A stretch of DNA of 64,000 nucleotides from the NCBI GenBank assembly GCA_048128005.1, contig JBEUKZ010000047.1:248001-312000 (forward strand), given 5' to 3'. Position numbers and translations under genes: made by a program. Of this stretch, positions 46,974 to 57,044 are shown in pieces; within the stretch, counting starts at the first letter, position 1, and every line of letters begins with the position of its first letter. This DNA comes from Veleropilina oligotropha. Lineage: Eukaryota. The notes under the pieces are model-generated. The model was not told the origin of the DNA. It saw only the letters and a list, made by a program, of their open reading frames with translations, and ran no database searches.

Positions 46974-48455
46974 CTATTTATTCGGTGGAAGTACGGGCTT
47001 GATGGGAGGTTTTGGCTTGTGCGGGCGATCCAATGGCTGATCGCTTTCCATTGGATCGTTGGCTGGAGGAAGCGGCCCAGGTGTTTCGGGGCTCTCCTCC
47101 GTCTGCCGGTGTAATTTGTCTGCTGCCGCCTTCCCACCCTTCATGGCAGCAGCAACAATTTCGGACGCGAGGTCCTCGATAATCGTGTCGGTATTATCAA
47201 TTTGGTCATCTGATGGTTCGTTAGTATCCATCAGGTGACCAAAGCGATTATGCAGCTTAATAGGGTCCTCGGACCCTTTGGGCTGTCGGTCTGTCTTTAT
47301 TGTTTGGTTTTTAATGGCTGCTGCCTTGCGAACAGCAGCAGCCTCTTTTTTAGAGTTATGAGTAGTAGGTTTGATTGATGTTTGTGTTGATTCTGATGAT
47401 GATGATGCTAACTTGTTTCGAGATGGTACAGTACTGAAGAATGGTTTGCCAGATGGCCAGGTAATATCAGTTTGCGTCGAAGAGGATCGAGTGATCGGCT
47501 TTTGCTCCGGTGCTGCAGCAATTGCAGCATAGGATCTGCCCGAAGTAGTGCGGGATTCCACCAGTTTCCTGGCATCCGGGAAAGAGATCCGGTCGATGGT
47601 CTTGACCCTCTGGATCTCTTTCTCGTGCTTCCACTTCGGACAGTCCTTAGAGTAAGCGCAGTGCTTACCCTTGCAATTGGTGCACAGAGGCTGTTGGGAG
47701 CAAGAGTCAGAGTCATGACCCTCTTCGCTACAACGAGCACATGCGGGATTTCTTCTGCATCGGTCTTTGTGATGCCCAAATGCCTGGCATTTGAAGCATC
47801 TCAAGGGATTTGGAATGTATGGTTCTACAGGGATGTTGATGTAACCAGCTTTAACATATTTCGGAAGCACTGGAAGGCGGAAGTCCAAGATGATGGTGTT
47901 GATGGGGACTTTCTTCCCATCCTTGAACATTGTCAGGCGTGTAACCTTGATTACACCCTGACTAGCCATGCCTTCCAGCAGTTCAGGTTCACTGCATCCC
48001 TGCAGGTCCCTGGATCTAATAACTCCCTTGGAGCTGTTCAAAGACCGATGCGGTCTGATTATTACAGGAATATTAACAAATGTATCTGTTCTAAGAAGGT
48101 TTTCCGCATGGCTCTTTCTGGCGCATTCAACCAGTAGTGTGCCATCTCGTAGTTTTTTAACGGATCGTGGTTCGCCAGCCAGGCCGAGAATGGCCTTGGA
48201 TATGGCGAACGGACTCAGAGAAGTGATAGGAGTGTTGGAGTTGCACGATTCCACCGTTAAAAAACGGGGCCAGCTTTCCGGTACGACTGGTGGAGGGTCA
48301 GGTCTATAAGGAGCATCTAGCTCTGGATGATAAGGTGTAGACCGGAAAGCGGCCAAAAATTTAGCGTCATCATCATCAGAAACAGAGTCGACGGATATAT
48401 TCCGTCGCTTTGCTGCTGTGTGGTTTCGGCGTTTAGGAGGGTGTGGAGTTGCCAT
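46974..48455 (-). CDS. A5 ORF1 (intact)
   Basis: MATPHPP..WPRFL..CCHC knuckles..KPVLPPNK. Confidence 0.9.
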   Translation of the reverse strand: MATPHPPKRRNHTAAKRRNISVDSVSDDDDAKFLAAFRSTPYHPELDAPYRPDPPPVVPESWPRFLTVESCNSNTPITSLSPFAISKAILGLAGEPRSVKKLRDGTLLVECARKSHAENLLRTDTFVNIPVIIRPHRSLNSSKGVIRSRDLQGCSEPELLEGMASQGVIKVTRLTMFKDGKKVPINTIILDFRLPVLPKYVKAGYINIPVEPYIPNPLRCFKCQAFGHHKDRCRRNPACARCSEEGHDSDSCSQQPLCTNCKGKHCAYSKDCPKWKHEKEIQRVKTIDRISFPDARKLVESRTTSGRSYAAIAAAPEQKPITRSSSTQTDITWPSGKPFFSTVPSRNKLASSSSESTQTSIKPTTHNSKKEAAAVRKAAAIKNQTIKTDRQPKGSEDPIKLHNRFGHLMDTNEPSDDQIDNTDTIIEDLASEIVAAAMKGGKAAADKLHRQTEESPETPGPLPPANDPMESDQPLDRPHKPKPPIKPVLPPNK

Positions 48456-49151
48456 ATTTTGTGTATTAAGTTTCATCACCCGAGGTCCCCGCCCACCCCG
48501 GAGCCCAACAAGGGGGCATTTTAATGGGTGCGGAGTTCCAGCACCCAATGCCAGGGATACCCGGGTGATATACTCAAATAAGATAATGAATGTAGTGGTG
48601 GGAAATGTGTATCCCACCATCCATTACTCACTTGATTGACCCTTCAGCCACCGCCTTCTGGGATATAGATCGATTGATGGTATATGATCTGTTACATAAA
48701 GTGTTTTGATTGAAATGTATAAATGTAATATTATTAAAATATATTATCCCAGGGCTTGACGTGACAAGCCGATTGATCAGATAGGGCCTATCTGACCTCC
48801 CGTCTAGCTGAATCCGAGGCCAAAGTAGTGTGTTGCTTCAGCCTAAGCTGAAGCTCAACTACCAGGATCCTCTTCTCCAACATCACGGGTCGCCACCCAC
48901 GGCAAACAGGTGGCTCCCATTTGGGGGGATCTTACCCCTCTGCAGGGAGAGCAGTCGGCATATTCTAACCCCTAACCGACTGGGGGTTTGTTTGAAGAGG
49001 TAAAAGTTATTTATATCAACAAAAGTATAAACATGATAGTCTTTTCACCTGATATTGTACTTCCCCTTTGTATATTCGTGCAGCCACTTATAAGTCCATC
49101 ACGACTGTTTTCTTATCTTCAGTTAGGTATAAAAATGATGTTTCAATACCG

Positions 49152-49185
<34 letters not shown>

Positions 49186-49295
49186 GAAAAGACAAACGGA
49201 ACAGGCCCAATGCCAAATTTTATTTTGTTGAGAATTCCAAGTATTGCACCATAGTATTAATAAACTCAGTGTCACTCTTAACCTGTCCATTGCAG

Positions 49296-49362
49296 AGTAG
49301 GCATCATGTTCAGTCTTACATCAAACGACATATACGGCCTCCCACCGAACCTGGCGTTCCTG
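49296..49362 (+). pseudogene. Paralog of the exon at 264-374, truncated by a B-family 3' end
   Basis: Same acceptor context; VGIMFSLTSNDIYGLPPNLAFL then (GAGT)n. Confidence 0.7.
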
Positions 49363-49670
49363 GAGTGAGTGAGTGAGTTAATTTATCGTCGCTGTCGGCA
49401 CTATTATGCCATAGTGCGACGGTAATATTTATTTTAAATAATGAAGATATTAAAAACGATGTTAAATAATATAAAATCAATGTCAAATAATAAAAAACAA
49501 TAAAAGATGTAAAGCAAAATAATAACAACAACAGTAGCAATAAAATGAAGTCAAGCCATAATAAAAACAATATAAATGTCAAATAATGAAATATAATAAA
49601 ACAATATCATAGAGCAAAATATGTAGTTATGGATAAAATTAGAAATGGTAAAAATAATAAAAGCACAATG
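49363..49670 (-). mobile_element. Family B-type LINE 3' end only (B3)
   Basis: (ACTC)n tail and CGTCGC/GCGACG stem as at 1475-1535; AT-rich 3'UTR. Confidence 0.8.
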
Positions 49671-49672
49671 GC

Positions 49673-50323
49673 CCGTAGGATCATGGTTGCCATTAAGTCT
49701 CCTGTAGGATCATGGTTGACGTTAAGTCTCCTGTAGGATCATGGTTGCCGTTAAGTCTCCCGTAGGATCATGGTTGCCGTTAAGTCTCCTGTAGGATCAT
49801 GGTTGCCGTTAAGTCTCCTGTAGGATCATGGTTGCCGTTAAGTCTCCTGTAGGATCATGGTTGCCGTTAAGTCTCCCGTAGGATCATGGCTGCCGTTAAG
49901 TCTCCCGTAGGATCATGGTTGCCGTTAAGTCTCCCGTAGGATCATGGTTGACGTTAAGTCTCCCGTAGGATCATGGTTGACGTTAAGTCTCCTGTAGGAT
50001 CATGGTTGCCGTTAAGTCTCCTGTAGGATCATGGTTGCCGTTAAGTCTCCCGTAGGATCATGGCTGCCGTTAAGTCTCCCGTAGGATCATGGTTGCCGTT
50101 AAGTCTCCCGTAGGATCATGGTTGCCGTTAAGTCTCCCGTAGGATCATGGTTGCCGTTAAGTCTCCCGTAGGAACATGGTTGCCATTAAGTCTCCCGTAG
50201 GATCATGGTTGCCGTTAAGTCTCCCGTAGGATCATGGTTGCCGTTAAGTCTCCTGTAGGATCATGGTTGCCGTCTGTCTCCTGTAGGATCATGGTTGCCG
50301 TTAAGTCTCCTGTAGGATCATGG
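49673..50323. repeat. 29-bp minisatellite, ~22 copies (YGTAGGATCATGGTTGCCGTTAAGTCTCC)
   Basis: Direct period count. Confidence 0.95.
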
Positions 50324-50641
50324 TTTGATTTGATTTGATGTTTAACGACCACGCCGACACTATAATGGTCATAATCGGGTCGGTCAAGTTAATTATACAA
50401 TAGTTTAATATAAAATGTTAAAAGTTGAGATATATATTTACTTATAAAATATCAATGCAATAAAACATATGTGATAAATAATAAAAACAAATCAATATAT
50501 TTACAAGTAAAATAAACTATGCAAATTTAGATAAAAATAAGATCAAATGTTTGCTAAAAACGAGTATAATAAAAAGTATAATAATAAAATAAAATAAATA
50601 TATATAGAATTTAGTCAAAGGAAATAAAAGTATAAATAAAA

Positions 50642-53600
50642 TTATAACTTATGGAAAATATTTACCTGTTTTAAAAATTCAAATACGGCTTCGAGCTTAT
50701 TAAGATTAAATAACTCTTGGAGTGAATTTGCCCTAAAATACCCTTGGCGTGCGAGATCCAAATCGACACAATCCAATAATATATGTTTAATTGTTAGGGC
50801 AGTTGCACAAGGAATACACTCGGGTGGAGGCTCCCCTTTAAGCAAGTAGGAGTGAGTGTAGTGAGAATGCCCAATTCTCAGTCTGGCCAAGACGACCTCC
50901 TCTCGCCGAGATGGCCTGCAAGAGGGTCCCCAGTCACCAAGAAGAGGTTGGACATTCTGCAGTTTATTCCTTGTGCATTCACTCCAAGAGTGCTGCCAAG
51001 TAGAATTTATATATTTGTTTATGCTTTGTTTAAAATCTGAGTGTGGTAGTTTACAATTTAGTATATTGTTAAAATTTGAGGCTGCCTTGGCAGCTTGGTC
51101 AGCCTTCTCATTGCCTTGGATACCGATATGGCTCGGTATCCAGCATAAAACAATGTCATTGTCAGGTAAAAGGTTGTTATAGTTTAATAAAATTTCCTGA
51201 ACAATAACATTTCTATTCATCTCCCTCAGTGCTTGTAAGCTAGAGAGGGAGTCTGAATAGATAATAAAACGCCGTTTAGTACTTGTAGAGATAAAATTAA
51301 GAGCAAGCTCGATTGCTTTTAGTTCTGCAGTATATATAGTCGCGCTGCCTGGCAGACGGTTTTGAAAACATTGTCTGCCAGTGACAGCGGCTGCTCCTAC
51401 CAATTCTGCATCTTTTGAACCATCTGTGTATATGCTTGCACGATCTGAATATTTTAATTTCAGATCGTGCACTTTTATGAGATAATCTGATGTGTCTGTG
51501 TTTGATTTTTTGAGTGATGTAAGTTGTAGATCAATTACCGGTACTTTTAGTGTCCATGGTGGAGTATCCGGAATGTGAATTGTTTTAATTTGACCTACAT
51601 GTATGCCTGCGTTTTCTAGTGCTGGTTTTATGCGGATGCCAAACGGTGCAATTTTGTTTGGTTTTGCCTGAAATAGATTTTCGTAATTTGGTGTATAGAC
51701 AGTTTCGAAAGCTGGGTTAGATGGATTTGATTTTAATTTTATTGCATATTGTAGTGATAGTTTTTCACGTCTGAGTGTAAGAGATGGTTCATTGGCTTCG
51801 ACATAGAGGCTTTCCATGGGTGATGTGCGAAAAGCCCCTAATGCAAGTCGAAGCCCTTGATTATGGATTGGATCAAGCATTTTAAGATATGAATGGCGAG
51901 CAGAGCCATATACTATGCTCCCATAATCGAGTTTTGATCTAATTAATGATCTATATAGTCGTAATAAAACTGTTTTATCAGCACCCCATTCAGTATTAGA
52001 AACTACTTTCATTATATTTAAAGCCTTTTTACATTTGGCTTTGATGTATTTTAAATGAGGTATGAAAGACAGTTTTCGGTCAAATATAAGGCCTAAAAAT
52101 TTAAATTGATCTACCACTGGAATCTCAAAGTCATCCAGCTTTAACACAGGGTCGTCATGTATTTCACGACGCTGGCAGAAGTGCATGCATTTAGTTTTGT
52201 CCTTTGAGAATTTAAATCCGTTCTCATCGGACCATATCTGTAATTTATTTAGGCCATGTTGTAGCTGGCGTTCTATACTGTTCATATTTGTTGAACGATA
52301 GCAAATGCCAAAATCGTCAACAAATAAAGAACAGTCAGTGCCAGCACTAATACATTTGACGATACTGTTTATTTTAATACTGAATAGGGTGACTGATAAA
52401 ATGCTTCCTTGAGGGACACCCATCTCCTGGTCGTGGATATCGGAGAGGGTGTCACCCACCTTAACGTTAAAATTTCTATCCTCAAGGAATTTCGAAATAA
52501 AATTGGGCAAGTGGCCCTTTAAACCAAAATCAAACAAATCCTTCATAATGCCGTACTTCCAAGTAGTGTCGTAGGCCTTCTCTAGATCGAAAAAAACAGC
52601 AACTAAATGTTGTCTGTTTAGGAAGGCCTCACGAACAAAAGTTTCCAGACGTACCAAGTGATCTGTGGTGCTCCGGTTGCGCCGGAACCCACTTTGATAT
52701 TCTGTAAGTAAATTATTTGATTCAAGATACCAAACTAATCTCTCGTTTATCATCCGTTCCATGGTTTTGCAAATACAACTCGTCAGGGCTATGGGTCGAT
52801 AACTGTTAGGATTTGATGTATCTTTTCCCGCCTTTGCAATTGGGATAACTGTAGCTTCCCTCCACGAGGGAGGGAAGGTTCCAGTTTCCCAGATAGTATT
52901 GAATATTGCAAGTAGAGTTGTAAGTGATGTTCCAGGTAAGTGCTTAAGTAATTGATAGTGAATGTCATCAGGGCCAACTGATGTGTCATGTGCCTTGTTT
53001 AGTGAATCTGCGAGTTCCTTTTGTGAAAATGGCTGATTGTATGACTCTGTGTTGTTGGATCTAAAATTGAGCCTTGTTTTTTCTTTTTGATGCTTAAAAC
53101 GGCTGAATTTTGGAGTGCAGTTGTCGGATGATGAATTGGCAGAAAAGGTATCTGCCAATGTGTTTGCAATGTCTTTAGCTGTGGTTGCTTCTGATGTGTT
53201 TGTTTTAAGGTGCTTGATGCAGTTGGGTGTATGTTTGCCACTAATTTTACGGATCATATCCCATGTTTTTTTAATAGTGGAACGAGAGTTTAGTTTGGTA
53301 ACGTAGGAATGCCAGGATTCCCTTTTGCTGTGCTTGATGGTACGTCTGGCTTGTGCTCTTAATAGCCTAAAGCTATTAAGATTTTGTAGTGTTGGGTGCT
53401 GTTTAAATGTTGAAATTGCATGTATGCGTGCTTTGATTGCTTGTCTGCAGTCTTCATTAAACCAAGGTTTATTTTTGTGTTTGGCATTTGGACAGGTCTT
53501 TGGAATTGAGAGTGTTGCAATGTCATGTAGTGTTGTAGAGAAACTTGATATTGGGTCTTCGCCATGAGTTAATTGATGTGAGTGTAATTGCTCTTCGCAA

Positions 53601-54325
53601 AGTGATTGGAATTTCTCCCAATCTGCTTTGCGAAGTTTCCACCTTTCTGTATGTTCTTGTGCTTGATAGATTGTGCTTTCCATGAAAATTGGAAAGTGGT
53701 CGCTTCCGTGGAGGTCCTCACCAACTTTCCAATTAAAGTCCAGGAAAGCGGATGGGTCGCACATGGTAAGGTCAATGGTGGTAAGTGAACCTGTAGGTGG
53801 ATGCATGTATGTTGGCGATTTGGTAGTGTTAAATAGACACAAATTGTGTCTCCCAATAAAGTCCTCTATTTGATGTCCCAGTTTATCTGTGTCAGTACCG
53901 CCCCAATCAGTACTGTGGGCGTTAAAATCGCCACACAGTAAAAATGGGGTCGATAGCTGATCGATGAGATCGTCAAGGTCAGTAGGTCGTAAGTTTGTAC
54001 CAGGTGGTAAGTATACCGAGCAGATTGTTATTACTCGGTGAGTCGATATTTTCACTGCTACTGCCTGTAAGTTAGTGTTTAAGTTGACTTGACTGTGTGG
54101 TGTTTTGTTGTTGACTATGATTGAAACCCCCCCTGTAGCCTTGTCACCAGTGGTGACAATGTGGTTGTATAGTGAGTGCTCTTTGATGCGTATGTTGTCT
54201 GTGAGTTTCATGTAAGTTTCATTGAGACAAAATGCGGTTGGTTTGTGTTCTTGAATTAATAGACTTATCTCATCAATATTCGGTTTAATGCCTCTACAAT
54301 TCCATTGTATTATTGTGCCTGACAT
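50642..54325 (-). CDS. A6 ORF2, intact 1227 aa (APE-RT-RNase H-CCHC)
   Basis: Uninterrupted ORF with all motifs. Confidence 0.95.
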   Translation of the reverse strand: MSGTIIQWNCRGIKPNIDEISLLIQEHKPTAFCLNETYMKLTDNIRIKEHSLYNHIVTTGDKATGGVSIIVNNKTPHSQVNLNTNLQAVAVKISTHRVITICSVYLPPGTNLRPTDLDDLIDQLSTPFLLCGDFNAHSTDWGGTDTDKLGHQIEDFIGRHNLCLFNTTKSPTYMHPPTGSLTTIDLTMCDPSAFLDFNWKVGEDLHGSDHFPIFMESTIYQAQEHTERWKLRKADWEKFQSLCEEQLHSHQLTHGEDPISSFSTTLHDIATLSIPKTCPNAKHKNKPWFNEDCRQAIKARIHAISTFKQHPTLQNLNSFRLLRAQARRTIKHSKRESWHSYVTKLNSRSTIKKTWDMIRKISGKHTPNCIKHLKTNTSEATTAKDIANTLADTFSANSSSDNCTPKFSRFKHQKEKTRLNFRSNNTESYNQPFSQKELADSLNKAHDTSVGPDDIHYQLLKHLPGTSLTTLLAIFNTIWETGTFPPSWREATVIPIAKAGKDTSNPNSYRPIALTSCICKTMERMINERLVWYLESNNLLTEYQSGFRRNRSTTDHLVRLETFVREAFLNRQHLVAVFFDLEKAYDTTWKYGIMKDLFDFGLKGHLPNFISKFLEDRNFNVKVGDTLSDIHDQEMGVPQGSILSVTLFSIKINSIVKCISAGTDCSLFVDDFGICYRSTNMNSIERQLQHGLNKLQIWSDENGFKFSKDKTKCMHFCQRREIHDDPVLKLDDFEIPVVDQFKFLGLIFDRKLSFIPHLKYIKAKCKKALNIMKVVSNTEWGADKTVLLRLYRSLIRSKLDYGSIVYGSARHSYLKMLDPIHNQGLRLALGAFRTSPMESLYVEANEPSLTLRREKLSLQYAIKLKSNPSNPAFETVYTPNYENLFQAKPNKIAPFGIRIKPALENAGIHVGQIKTIHIPDTPPWTLKVPVIDLQLTSLKKSNTDTSDYLIKVHDLKLKYSDRASIYTDGSKDAELVGAAAVTGRQCFQNRLPGSATIYTAELKAIELALNFISTSTKRRFIIYSDSLSSLQALREMNRNVIVQEILLNYNNLLPDNDIVLCWIPSHIGIQGNEKADQAAKAASNFNNILNCKLPHSDFKQSINKYINSTWQHSWSECTRNKLQNVQPLLGDWGPSCRPSRREEVVLARLRIGHSHYTHSYLLKGEPPPECIPCATALTIKHILLDCVDLDLARQGYFRANSLQELFNLNKLEAVFEFLKQVNIFHKL

Positions 54326-54381
54326 GTTGGTTTAATGGTGTGTATTAAGTGATTTGCTTGTAATGTTAATTTTAAATTTGC

Positions 54382-55877
54382 CTATTTATTCGGTGGAAGT
54401 ACGGGCTTAATGGACATTTTCGGCTTCGCTTTGGACTGCCGATCCAATGGTTGGTCGCTTTCCATTGAATCGTCGGCAGGAGGAGGTGGCCCAGGTGGAT
54501 CGGGGCTCTCCTTCGTCTGCTGGTGTAATTTTTCTGCTGCCTCTCTCCCACCCTTCGTGGCAGCAGCAACAATTTCCAGCGCGAGGTCCTCTATAATGCT
54601 ATCGGTATTATCAATTTGGTCATCTGATGGTTCGTTGGTATCCATCAGGTGACCAAAGCGATTATGCAGCTTAATAGGGTCCTCGGACCCTTTGGGCTGT
54701 CTGTCTGGTTTAATGTTTGTTCTATCTGATTTTGAATGTTTCTTAGAGGCTGCTGCTTTAGGAACAGCAGCAGTCTCTTTTGTAGAGTTGCGAGTAGGTT
54801 TGATAGCTTTGATTGATTTTGATGTTTGAGTTGATTCTGACGATGAAGATGCTAAATTGCTTCGAGATGGCAAAGTGCTGAAAAAAGCTTCGCCAAATGG
54901 CCAGGTGATATCCGTTTGTGTCGAAGAGGATCTAGTGACTGGCTTTTGCTCCGGTGCTGCAGCAATTGCAGCATAGGATTTACCCGAAATGGTCCTGGAT
55001 TCAACCAGTTTCCTGGCATCAGGGAAAGAGATCCGGTCGATAGTTTTGACCCTTTGGATCTCTTTCTCATGCTTCCACTTCGGGCAGTCCTTAGAGTAAG
55101 CAAAATGCTTACCCTTGCAATTGCAGCATAGTGGTGGTTTGGAGCAAGAGTCAGACTCGTGACCCTCCTCGCTACATCGAGCACATGCGGGATTCCTTCT
55201 GCATCGGTCCTTGTGATGCCCAAATGACTGGCATTTGAAGCATCTCAAGGGGTTTGGGATGTAGGGCTCTACAGGGATGATAATATAACCAGCTTTAATT
55301 GTTCTAGGTAGAACAGGAAGGCGGAAGTCCAGGATGATGGTATTGATGGGGATCTTCTTTCCATCTTTGAACATGGTCAGGCGTGTGACCTTACACCCTG
55401 GCTGTTCATGCCTTCCAGCAGTTCCTGTTCACTGCATCCCTGCAGATCCCTAGATCTAATAACTCCCTTGGAGGTGTTCAAGGACCGATGCGGTCGAATT
55501 TCAACGGGAATGTTGACAAATTTCGAAGTTCTAAGGAGATTCTCCGCATGGCTCTTCCTGGCGCATTCGACCAACAGGGTGCCATCTCGAAGTTTCTTCA
55601 CTGATCGAGGTTCGCCAGCAAGACCAAGGATGGCCTTGGAGATGGCGAAGGGACTCAAAGAAGTAATTGGAGTAGTTGAGTCAAGTGCCTCGATTGTCAA
55701 GAATCGTGGCCAGCTTTCCGGTACAGGGGGTGGAGGGTCGGGCCTATATTCGGCCTCCCTCTCAGGATCGAATGGGATTGACCGGATAGCGGCCATATAT
55801 TTCGCATCATCATCGTCAGAATCAATTTCATTTGATTTATTTTTTCGCCTCTTAATTGCGTGAGTGTGGTGTGCCAT
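54382..55877 (-). pseudogene. A6 ORF1 with 4-nt deletion near 55392
   Basis: gaccttacacc vs gaccttggtcacacc in A3. Confidence 0.88.
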
Positions 55878-57044
55878 ATTGTGTGTCTTAGTGTTTCATC
55901 ACCCGAGGTCCCCGCCCACCCCGGAGCCCAACAAGGGGGCATTTAACAGGTGCGGGGTTCCAGCACCCAATGCCAGGGATACCCGGGTGATATACTCAAA
56001 TAAGTGAATGAATATTAGTGGTGGGAAGTGTATATCCCACCATTCATTCCTCACTTGATTGACCCTTCAGCCACCGCCTTCTGGGATATAGATCAACGGA
56101 TGGTAAGTGATCTATGATATGGTATTTTAAGATGTAAAATTTAAATGATGTTATGTTTAGAATGTTAAGTTATCCCAGGGCATGGCGTGACAAGCCGATT
56201 GATCAGATAGGGCCTATCTGACCTCCCGTCTAGCTGAATCCGAGGCCAAAGTAGTGTGTTGCTTCAGCCGAAGCCGAAGCTCAACTACCAGGACCCTCTT
56301 TTCCAACATCACGGGTCGCCACCCACGGCCAACAGGTGGCTCCCATTTGGGGGGATCTTACCCCTCTGCAGGGAGAGCAGTCGGCATATTCTAACCCCTA
56401 ACCGACTGGGGGACCATATTATTGGATAAAAATGTCACAAAAATATATATTTAACAACATTCTATTATTACCACTGGAAAGATATTGCAATTATCTTTAA
56501 AATAGACACAACTTGTAATGATTGCTCAACGAAAAACTGTCAACGATGTTTACAATTCAAAAAGTTTCTTGACGAAAACATTTTTCGGTGACAGTATTCG
56601 TGTCGAGTCATTGTATACGTCACGATGAGTTGGCAATAAAAATTCTCGAGAACGAGAACACGAGGTCAAGAAGTTATATATAGGGGATGGATACGTGGCA
56701 ATGGGTACGTGGCAATAAACTGATCTAGAAGGGTATCTAAGAAATCCATGAGACTTGAACTGGCTATAGCCAAAAACCGGATTAGTGATATGCAGTTTCG
56801 GCCGAAATGTCCACAGGTAAGTGTTTTAATTTAACCCCCAGGGCCGTCCCTGGGTGTTTCTTTTAGATATACCCGGGCCGGCGAGGGTAGTGGGCCGTCC
56901 CTAAGGGCTCTATATAGTTTACGTTGTGTCGGAACGGGTGCTGGGAGCCTTATTTTTCCAGTCTAAAAAGTTTGCTCACCCCCCCCCCTGCTGCTGTTAT
57001 GCCGGAAAAACTGCTCCATTTAGAGTACACTCACCCCCCCTGCT

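Larger units (their letters stand above)
42896..48986 (-). mobile_element. Full-length family A LINE (A5)
   Basis: 12-bp TSD TTTGTTTGAAGA (42884-42895, 48987-48998). Confidence 0.93.
50324..56412 (-). mobile_element. Full-length family A LINE (A6), no clear TSD
   Basis: Tail at 50324, 5' CCCCCAGTCGG at 56412. Confidence 0.92.

Noticed and set aside
48962..48980. Telomeric repeat (ctaacccctaacc)
   Set aside because: Only two imperfect units, a fixed part of the family A 5' motif
48915..48986. HDV fold for the family A 5' end
   Set aside because: No G1-initiated P1, no P1.1 GG after P1 and no P4-J4/2-P2 order; kept as an unassigned structure
49673..50323. CRISPR array
   Set aside because: Units are contiguous with no unique spacers; eukaryotic context, no cas genes
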